Shown in pieces: positions 56,882 through 63,827 of a stretch of DNA of 63,827 nucleotides. Position 1 is the first letter of the stretch; every line of letters starts with the position of its first letter. Under the pieces are notes generated by a model. That model was not told the DNA's origin, ran no database searches, and was given only the letters and a program-made list of their open reading frames with translations. The position numbers and the translations under genes were made by a program. Source of the DNA: Planctomycetota bacterium (GTDB taxonomy: Bacteria > Planctomycetota > GCA-002687715 > DRQF01); NCBI GenBank assembly GCA_027001995.1, contig JALTLO010000133.1:1-63827 (forward strand), in the 5' to 3' direction.

Positions 56882-58524
56882 TTGGCGATCTCCGCGGTCT
56901 GGGCATTCAATTCCCAGACAGTAGAGCCTTCCAAGACAATGTGCCTCATGGAAACCCTCTTCAGGGTCTTGACGATACGCAACAAGCCGTCAACAAACTG
57001 GGCGGCTTCGACTTCATCTTCACCTGCATCCAAGATCCTCTGGTCAAGGAAATAAATTCGGTTGAGCGCCAACATCTTCCCAACAACTGGGCCAGCTAAC
57101 TCAATGGAGTCACCGCGAACCTTTTTGCCATTGTTCTCCTTCTTGGACTCGGTAAGACATCGTTGGACCAGCTTGCTGGCTAAGGATAGATCGGAAGATA
57201 GAATCAATTTGTGGTTCGCGAAAGCCAACGACGGGGTGAAGTTGTACTCTATCTTCTTGCGTTTGGTCTGGGGATCATCCAAGAAGTGAGCCGTCAAGAT
57301 GTTGACTCCTTGGACCATTCGACTGCCTTGCAGCATAGGTTGCCGGCGAGTCTGTTCGGCATCAGCGTTGACCACGCCAATGGCTGTTTGAAAAGCAACC
57401 TGAAAACGCTGCTGTTCGTCGTCTGAGAATGAGGTATCAACAACCATGGCGAAGGACGGAAGAATCGTCTCAGACGGCTGTTCTATAGCTTCTCGATTGG
57501 CCACAACGATCTCCAATCCTCCTTTTGTTCTGGCCATCAATTGATCAAACGGGAATCCAGCCAAGAAGATGTTGATCGTTTGAGAAAACCCGGCTAATCC
57601 CGCTTTGCCAGCTTCGGGAATGATTTCTGAACGTTGCTGCCAGAATTGTGCTAAATCGCGATCAAAATAGAGCCGAGCCATTTCGCCATCGATGCTCTTT
57701 GCAGGAGTTCTGATGCGGTTGGAAGTGTTCCATTTTGAAGCCCGTTTCTCTCGGTTCATCAACCGAACATGGAGTTTGAGTTGATCAGTCCAGCTGCCGT
57801 AGCCGAAAGCAAACACACTGGCATCCACGTCCTCCAAAAATCCCTGAAACAAGAGAATCTCCAAGGCTTCCTTTAGCTTTCCTTCAGCGAATGATTCCCC
57901 ATCAAGCAGTTCGGATGTATTGACCAAGAACATGAAGTCAGCCTTCTTCGAAGTCTTCTTCATCAATCGAAATCGAGGAGATTCCCCCATACTGTTCTTC
58001 TTCTCCAGCCGTCCAACCTCCCGGAGTGAAGAAGGTCTTTCGCCCCAATAGAGAAAACGGTCGTCGGCGCCGATGATGCCGCCCTTACCTAAGGTGATCC
58101 AAGTGATTCTTTTTTTCTTTCCTCGCTTGGTGATCTCGAAGTCTTTGGAGAGAGATGAGATTTGCTGGGCCAGTTCCTCTAAGTCAATTGCTCCCCCATG
58201 TTTGGCACTCAGAAAAACTGCGGGTCCGGTGGCGGAGAATCGGAGCCCAACACCTGTCTCACCTTTCAGATAAGGCGCTAAAACTCCCCAAATGTTCTTC
58301 GCAAGACTCAATCCCGGCTCGCTCAGGGCGTCCGCGTAAGCCGGGTGCGCCAAGATGGCCTTGGCAAACAAGGTTGACTCAATTCGCTCAACCAGGCGTT
58401 TGGCATCAGCGAATTCGAGATAAATGTGACAGTCGGATGGTGTTCGGTGACTGGGGGACTGGCCGAAGGCGGAAATGGAGGGGATTGCGAAAGCGAGGAG
58501 GAAACAAAGTGGGGCAAGTCTCAT
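56878..58524 (-). CDS. Exported hypothetical protein (possibly DUF3352-like)
   Basis: Signal peptide from MRLAP; about 548 aa; ATGA overlap with DUF1800. Confidence 0.7.
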   Translation of the reverse strand: MRLAPLCFLLAFAIPSISAFGQSPSHRTPSDCHIYLEFADAKRLVERIESTLFAKAILAHPAYADALSEPGLSLAKNIWGVLAPYLKGETGVGLRFSATGPAVFLSAKHGGAIDLEELAQQISSLSKDFEITKRGKKKRITWITLGKGGIIGADDRFLYWGERPSSLREVGRLEKKNSMGESPRFRLMKKTSKKADFMFLVNTSELLDGESFAEGKLKEALEILLFQGFLEDVDASVFAFGYGSWTDQLKLHVRLMNREKRASKWNTSNRIRTPAKSIDGEMARLYFDRDLAQFWQQRSEIIPEAGKAGLAGFSQTINIFLAGFPFDQLMARTKGGLEIVVANREAIEQPSETILPSFAMVVDTSFSDDEQQRFQVAFQTAIGVVNADAEQTRRQPMLQGSRMVQGVNILTAHFLDDPQTKRKKIEYNFTPSLAFANHKLILSSDLSLASKLVQRCLTESKKENNGKKVRGDSIELAGPVVGKMLALNRIYFLDQRILDAGEDEVEAAQFVDGLLRIVKTLKRVSMRHIVLEGSTVWELNAQTAEIAK

Positions 58525-58712
58525 GGCGGGTTCTCTGCAAGTGGGACTCATATCGTTACTATGAGACAGCATTCGCCAGAAAACGGCAATATTGCCAAGC
58601 AAAAATTTCGACACGAAAATGGCCTTCCGAAAGGAAGGCCACATTCAATTCATGGGTACATGGGGGTTAGGCAACCCCTGGGGCCTGCCCATCAAGAAAG
58701 GCAGGCAAAGAC

Positions 58713-59198
58713 CTAAAACATGTTGAGTTGGAGCTTGGCAGCTTCGGTCATCATGTCTGGAGTCCAAGTGGGTTCCCACGTCAAGACCATTTCGACCTTG
58801 CCGATTCCCTCCAAAGCCTTGATCTTTCGCTCCATTTCCATGGGAAGATCTTGGGCGGCGGGGCAGTTGGGAGACGTCAAGGTAAAGGAGACCTTCACGT
58901 CGTTTTCCGGGCTCACATCAACAGCGTATATGAGTCCCAATTCATAAATGTTCACGGGAATCTCTGGATCAAAAACGGTTCGAATGACTGTTATCACCAG
59001 ATTCTTGACCCGTTCCTGTTCGGGAGAAAGAGTGGCAGGAACCTTGGCCTCATCGCCGGCATCAGAATCTGATTTGGGGTCAAGAGCTTGATCCCTCGCC
59101 GGTGTTGATTCTGGGGTTTCTGAGGTCTCATGCTCTACTTCAGGGATGCCCTCACCGAATGGGTTCTTGCTGGCTTCTTGTTTCATTTCTTCACTCAT
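58713..59198 (-). CDS. sufT: SufT / DUF59 Fe-S assembly protein
   Basis: DPEIPVNIYELGLIY; TLTSPNCP; WEP.W. ATG 59198 overlaps the sufS stop. Confidence 0.88.
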   Translation of the reverse strand: MSEEMKQEASKNPFGEGIPEVEHETSETPESTPARDQALDPKSDSDAGDEAKVPATLSPEQERVKNLVITVIRTVFDPEIPVNIYELGLIYAVDVSPENDVKVSFTLTSPNCPAAQDLPMEMERKIKALEGIGKVEMVLTWEPTWTPDMMTEAAKLQLNMF

Positions 59199-60451
59199 GC
59201 GAAAAGCTCCAGTGATTTCTTCAATGCTATGATGAATTGTTCGACGTCTGCGGGTGTATTGTAGACAGCAAATGATGCCCTGGCTGTGGCGGGAATGGCA
59301 AAGTGCTTCATGACGGGCTGAGCGCAATGATGTCCGGCTCTCACAGCAACGCCATACTGGTCAAGAATAGTTCCAATGTCTTGAGGATGGGCATCATCAC
59401 TCCAAAACGAAAGGACTCCCGCTTTGTTCTTGGCCGTTCCGATCACGCGGACACCTGGAATCTCAGATATCAGTTTCGTGGCGTAGCCCAGTAGAGCATT
59501 CTCATGGGTTGCGATTTTCTTGATGCCTATGCCTTGCATCCAATCGACGGCAGCTCCCATTCCAATAACGGCGGTGATGTTGGGAGTACCAGCTTCGAAA
59601 CGCATAGGTGGATCATTGTAGGTGGTGCCAGCAAAAGACACTTCATCTATCATGTCCCCACCACCTTGCCAGGGAGGCATATCCTTCAGCAAGGCGGCCT
59701 TGCCAAAGAGGGCACCTGTGCCCGTGGGACCGTACATCTTGTGGGCGGAAAAAGCGAAAAAGTCACAATCCAAGTCAACAACGTCGATTTTCATATGAGG
59801 AGCGCTTTGGGCTCCATCAACAACGATGACGGATCCATGCTCATGAGCTTGGGACGCCATTTCCTTTACGGGATTGATGGTGCCAATAGCATTGGCCACA
59901 TGATTGACCGCCACCAGCTTTGTTTTCGGACCGAGAAGTCCAGTATAAGCTTCCAAATCGAGCACACCGTCATCATCCATGGGAATCATGATAACGCGAG
60001 CGCCCACTTCTTCCGCCAGCAATTGCCATGGAACAATGTTGCTATGGTGCTCAAGTTCCGAAACCAGAATTTCATCGCCAGCTCTTACTTGGGTGCGGCC
60101 CCAAGTCTGGGCAATTAAGTTGATGGCCGCCGTGGTACCACTGGTGAAGACGATTTCGGACTCGGATGTGGCCCCCAAGAACCCTGCGACCTTACCTCGT
60201 ACTTCTTCATACTTCGCTGTGGCACGCATGGAAAGTGTATGCATTCCACGATGAATGTTGGAGTAATCGTGGCTCTCGAAGTCGTGAGTGCAATTCAAAA
60301 CGGTCAGGGGCTTCTGGGCTGAGGCAGCACTGTCCAAGTAGCAAAGTGGTTTTTCATTCACTTCTTGCTGAAGGATGGGGAACTGATTCCGAATCGATTG
60401 TAGTTCCTCTTGCGCCATGAAGTCATAGGTTGATTTCTCGTCCATCATCAT
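59195..60451 (-). CDS. sufS: Cysteine desulfurase SufS
   Basis: YLDSAASAQKP; NIHRG; EHHSNIVPW; SAHKMYGP; RAGHHCA. Confidence 0.96.
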   Translation of the reverse strand: MMMDEKSTYDFMAQEELQSIRNQFPILQQEVNEKPLCYLDSAASAQKPLTVLNCTHDFESHDYSNIHRGMHTLSMRATAKYEEVRGKVAGFLGATSESEIVFTSGTTAAINLIAQTWGRTQVRAGDEILVSELEHHSNIVPWQLLAEEVGARVIMIPMDDDGVLDLEAYTGLLGPKTKLVAVNHVANAIGTINPVKEMASQAHEHGSVIVVDGAQSAPHMKIDVVDLDCDFFAFSAHKMYGPTGTGALFGKAALLKDMPPWQGGGDMIDEVSFAGTTYNDPPMRFEAGTPNITAVIGMGAAVDWMQGIGIKKIATHENALLGYATKLISEIPGVRVIGTAKNKAGVLSFWSDDAHPQDIGTILDQYGVAVRAGHHCAQPVMKHFAIPATARASFAVYNTPADVEQFIIALKKSLELFA

Positions 60452-61803
60452 GATCCAATCTCGACACTTGAACTGTGCTTGGCTACGCGCTCCGAGAGGA
60501 AAGTCTCCAGTTGTTCCTTGATCTTGGGGATGGTGATTTTCTCGACCACATCGCCAGCAAATGCTCGGGTGAGCATGCCGCGAGCTTCAACTTCGGGAAT
60601 TCCCCGGGATTGCAGATAGAAAAGCGACTCCTGATCAAGTTGGCCGACGGTAGCTCCGTGAGAACAAGCAATATCATCGCAGTAGATTTCAAGTTGTGGA
60701 CGGGTTTCCGCTGTGGCGTCGTCACTCAAGAGGAGGTTCTTGTTGGTCTGGTGGGCATCCGTTCCTTTGACACCTTCTTCGGCAATGATAGCGCCATTAA
60801 AGATGCCAACGCTCTTGTCGCTCATAATTCCCTTGAAGAACTGCTCTGATCGCGAGGCATCTTGGGTATGGTGAGCAACAATAAACTGATCGGCAACGCG
60901 GTCGCCATCCACAACGTAAAGGCCATTGACCTCACAGTGAGTATGAGGGCCTCCTTGTTCCATGAACATTTCAGTACGTCCCACCTTGGCTCCTGAGACG
61001 ACAGAAACAGACTTAAAGGAACTGTTCGTTTCTTGATGGACTTCGCTTACCCCAACATGAAAAGCCCCTTCGCTTTCCAATTGAATACGACAGTGTTCCA
61101 CTTGAGAGTCACCTGCTAGCCAGAATTCTGTCATCGAGTTGAGCAGGTAGCAGGCTTGGTCGTTAATTCCCGCATAGCGTTCAACGATGGTGCATTGGGC
61201 CCCCTGCTCAAGGGCAACGATGTTTCTGGGATGGCACATAACATCATGATCGCTGCAGCCATTCAAATAGAGGATGTGAATGGGAACATCGATGTGCTGA
61301 CTGGCTTTTACTTCAATAAAAGCGCCGTCATCAGAGAATGCTGAATTCAGTGCGCGAAATCCGTCGTTGAGGTGTTCAACATGACGCCCTTCTGCTTCTT
61401 CCAATCTGCTGGCGTCCTTCGCCAACAAGTCACTCATGGAGCAAACCGTTAAACCCTCAGGCACGTTGTCGAGGACGGAGATCTGCGGGCAAAAAACACC
61501 GTCAATGAAGACGATCCGAACAGCACCTTCGTCCCAATATACCGACTTTCCCAGTACTGCTTCAGCCCCTGACGAATCGGGGGCATGAGGTAAAACGTAG
61601 TTAGGTGCCAACATCTTCGTGACGGGCGTATACTTCCATGCTTCATTTTTGCGATCAGGAAACCCAAGGGCCTTTAATTGGGCGAAGGCGGCTTCTCGGC
61701 GCTTCTTGAGCCAAGAAGGTTCTGTCTTCTTTGACGCTAAGAAATTGTCAAAACAATCTTGGAACTTCAGTACTTTGGGTTCGCTCGTGGTTGTTTGTGT
61801 CAT
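60448..61803 (-). CDS. sufD: Fe-S assembly protein SufD
   Basis: EAWKYT; HPRN; Q..KNLLLS; PQLEIY.DD..CSHGATVG; FYL.SRGI. Confidence 0.95.
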   Translation of the reverse strand: MTQTTTSEPKVLKFQDCFDNFLASKKTEPSWLKKRREAAFAQLKALGFPDRKNEAWKYTPVTKMLAPNYVLPHAPDSSGAEAVLGKSVYWDEGAVRIVFIDGVFCPQISVLDNVPEGLTVCSMSDLLAKDASRLEEAEGRHVEHLNDGFRALNSAFSDDGAFIEVKASQHIDVPIHILYLNGCSDHDVMCHPRNIVALEQGAQCTIVERYAGINDQACYLLNSMTEFWLAGDSQVEHCRIQLESEGAFHVGVSEVHQETNSSFKSVSVVSGAKVGRTEMFMEQGGPHTHCEVNGLYVVDGDRVADQFIVAHHTQDASRSEQFFKGIMSDKSVGIFNGAIIAEEGVKGTDAHQTNKNLLLSDDATAETRPQLEIYCDDIACSHGATVGQLDQESLFYLQSRGIPEVEARGMLTRAFAGDVVEKITIPKIKEQLETFLSERVAKHSSSVEIGS

Positions 61804-61819
61804 AGCAGGCTCCAGGGTC

Positions 61820-62578
61820 TCAGCGTGAGATTCCCGTCTCCTCTTCAATCCAATTGTAACCCTTTTCTTCCAATTCGAGTGCAAGGGATTTGTCTCCAGA
61901 CTTGACAATCTGGCCCTTTAAGAGAACGTGCACAAAGTCCGGTTGGATGTAGTCCAACAAACGTTGATAGTGAGTAATCACGATGATCGAGCGTTCTGCG
62001 CTCCGCAGGGCATTGACCCCGGCGGCAACCGCTTTAAGCGCGTCGATATCCAACCCAGAATCTGTTTCGTCGAGAATGGCAAGGGTGGGTTCCAGGAGCG
62101 CCATCTGAAAGATCTCGTTGCGCTTTTTCTCGCCCCCGGAAAAACCGTAGTTCACCGCCCGGGAAAGAAGATCTTTCTTCAGGTCCACAATCTTGAGCTT
62201 CTCGTCTACCAGTTTCATGAAATCCACAGCATCGAGTTCTTCCAAACCCTTGGCCTTGCGCTGGGCGTTCACGGCGGTTTTCAAGAAATACATGTTGTTG
62301 ACGCCTGGAATGGCGACAGGATATTGGAACGCCAAAAATATCCCTGCACACGCTCTTTCTTCAGGGCTCATTTCCAAGAGATTCTGCCCCAAGAAAGTGG
62401 CAGATCCTGAGGTCGCTTGGTATCCTTCCCGTCCAGAAAGAAGATAAGAGAGCGTGCTCTTTCCAGAGCCGTTAGGCCCCAGAATGGCATGGACTTCACC
62501 TGGATTCACTGTGAGGTTGAGGCCATTGATGATTTTCTTGCCACCAATGTTCGCTTCTAAGTTTTCGATCTTAAGCAT
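61820..62578 (-). CDS. sufC: Fe-S assembly ATPase SufC
   Basis: GPNGSGKST; FQYP; GFSGGEKKRNE; DETDSGLDIDA; ITHY. Confidence 0.97.
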   Translation of the reverse strand: MLKIENLEANIGGKKIINGLNLTVNPGEVHAILGPNGSGKSTLSYLLSGREGYQATSGSATFLGQNLLEMSPEERACAGIFLAFQYPVAIPGVNNMYFLKTAVNAQRKAKGLEELDAVDFMKLVDEKLKIVDLKKDLLSRAVNYGFSGGEKKRNEIFQMALLEPTLAILDETDSGLDIDALKAVAAGVNALRSAERSIIVITHYQRLLDYIQPDFVHVLLKGQIVKSGDKSLALELEEKGYNWIEEETGISR

Positions 62579-62590
62579 TTGTTTTCCTAA

Positions 62591-63827
62591 CTAACCGATC
62601 GCGCCTTCAAGACTAACTTCGAGGAGCTTCTGCGCTTCAACGGCAAACTCCATCGGTAATTCCCGAAACACTTCTTTGCAGAAACCATTGACAATCATGT
62701 TCACCGCATCTTCCTCGGTGATACCTCTTTGGCGCAGGTAGAAGAGCTGATCTTCGCTGATCTTTGATGTGGTGGCTTCATGTTCAACTTGAGCTGATTT
62801 ATTGCCAACTTCGATGTATGGGAAAGTATGAGCCCCACAATCCGACCCCATAAGCAAGGAATCGCATTGGGAATAATTTCGGGCACCCGTTGCCCCTTTA
62901 CCGATCTTGACCAATCCGCGATAGGAATTGTGGCCATGACCTGCTGAGATTCCCTTCGAAACGATGGTGCTCTTGGTGTTCTTGCCAATGTGGATCATTT
63001 TCGTCCCGGTATCAGCTTGCTGATACAAGTTCGTCAAAGCCACCGAGTAAAATTCACCTACCGAGTTGTCGCCCTTAAGGACGCAACTGGGGTACTTCCA
63101 AGTGATAGCCGATCCTGTTTCTACTTGAGTCCAGGAGATTTTCGCGCTGTCATGACAAACACCGCGCTTGGTCACGAAGTTAAAGATGCCACCATTGCCA
63201 TCTTTATCACCGGGATACCAATTTTGCACCGTGGAATACTTGATTTCAGCATTGTCATGGGCAACCAGCTCCACAACTGCCGCGTGCAATTGGTTCTCAT
63301 CTCTTTGAGGAGCAGTGCAGCCTTCAAGATAGCTGACATAACTTCCTTCATCGGCGACCAAGAGTGTTCTTTCGAACTGTCCAGTCCCTTCGGCGTTGAT
63401 CCGGAAGTAAGTCGAAAGTGCCATGGGGCAGCGAACGCCTTTGGGAATGTAGACGAATGAACCATCGCTGAAAACAGCGGCATTCAATGCGGCAAAGTAA
63501 TTGTCGGTGTAAGGAACGACGGTTCCCAGATATTTCTTGATCAACTCGGGGTGACTTTCAACTGCCTCAGAGAAAGAACCGAAGATGATTCCCTTTTCGG
63601 CGAGTTGAGCTTTGTAGGTGGTTGCTACCGAGACACTGTCAAAAACAGCATCAACAGCGACGCCCGCAAGAGCCGCTCTCTCATTCAATGGAATGCCGAG
63701 TTTCTCATAGGTTTCCAGAAGTTCTGGGTCAACTTCGTCAAGACTCTTTGGCCGATCTTCATCGGATTTCGGTGCAGAGAAATAGATAATGTCTTGGTAG
63801 TCGATTTTCTTGTAATGAACTTTGGGC
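62591..63827 (-). CDS. sufB: Fe-S assembly protein SufB, 5' end outside the window
   Basis: IDYQDI.Y (translated manually beyond the track start); [27 protein letters not shown]. Confidence 0.97.
   Translation of the reverse strand, partial: PKVHYKKIDYQDIIYFSAPKSDEDRPKSLDEVDPELLETYEKLGIPLNERAALAGVAVDAVFDSVSVATTYKAQLAEKGIIFGSFSEAVESHPELIKKYLGTVVPYTDNYFAALNAAVFSDGSFVYIPKGVRCPMALSTYFRINAEGTGQFERTLLVADEGSYVSYLEGCTAPQRDENQLHAAVVELVAHDNAEIKYSTVQNWYPGDKDGNGGIFNFVTKRGVCHDSAKISWTQVETGSAITWKYPSCVLKGDNSVGEFYSVALTNLYQQADTGTKMIHIGKNTKSTIVSKGISAGHGHNSYRGLVKIGKGATGARNYSQCDSLLMGSDCGAHTFPYIEVGNKSAQVEHEATTSKISEDQLFYLRQRGITEEDAVNMIVNGFCKEVFRELPMEFAVEAQKLLEVSLEGAIG

Noticed and set aside
1..63827. CRISPR-Cas, prophage, IS elements, retrons or other defence systems
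   Set aside because: No arrays, or cas, reverse transcriptase, transposase, integrase or phage genes, were recognized by eye.

Overview
This is a gene-dense bacterial chromosomal segment. Gene content (DUF1800/DUF1501, DUF1573, pilin-like proteins, several ECF sigma factors, TopB with a Lys-rich tail) suggests a Planctomycetota-like organism, which is an inference. Left to right: a SWIM-SNF2 helicase running off the left edge (absent from the ORF track) with DUF480; a DUF1573-rhodanese-MauE/DoxX operon; a minor-pilin cluster ending in a ComZ/PilX-like protein; an orphan minimal flagellin with a long, patterned upstream region; a secreted repeat protein; glycogen debranching enzyme; two ECF sigma/anti-sigma pairs; a MetX-family acyltransferase with two SDRs; a CheX-like protein; a probable peptidase pseudogene; topoisomerase III; four glycosyltransferases; a Tat glycosylasparaginase; Nudix/ABC-F/apt; an acyl-CoA catabolic region (three thiolases, Hbd, two ACADs, crotonase) with rnz, cyclophilin and a leuB-like gene; ugd; tRNA-Val(TAC); a coupled DUF1800-DUF1501-CysZ-sulfatase-like operon; and sufBCDS-sufT running off the right edge. 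I saw no CRISPR array, rRNA, transposase or integrase. The best leads are the flagellin upstream region (inverted repeats around a sigma28-like promoter and a GGA-rich CsrA-sponge-like tract), two candidate structured RNAs, a complementarily degenerate ACAD pair, several predicted pseudo-enzymes, the ComZ-like pilin cluster and a recurring 25-bp intergenic motif. All family calls come from motif recognition by eye; no searches or folding programs were run.
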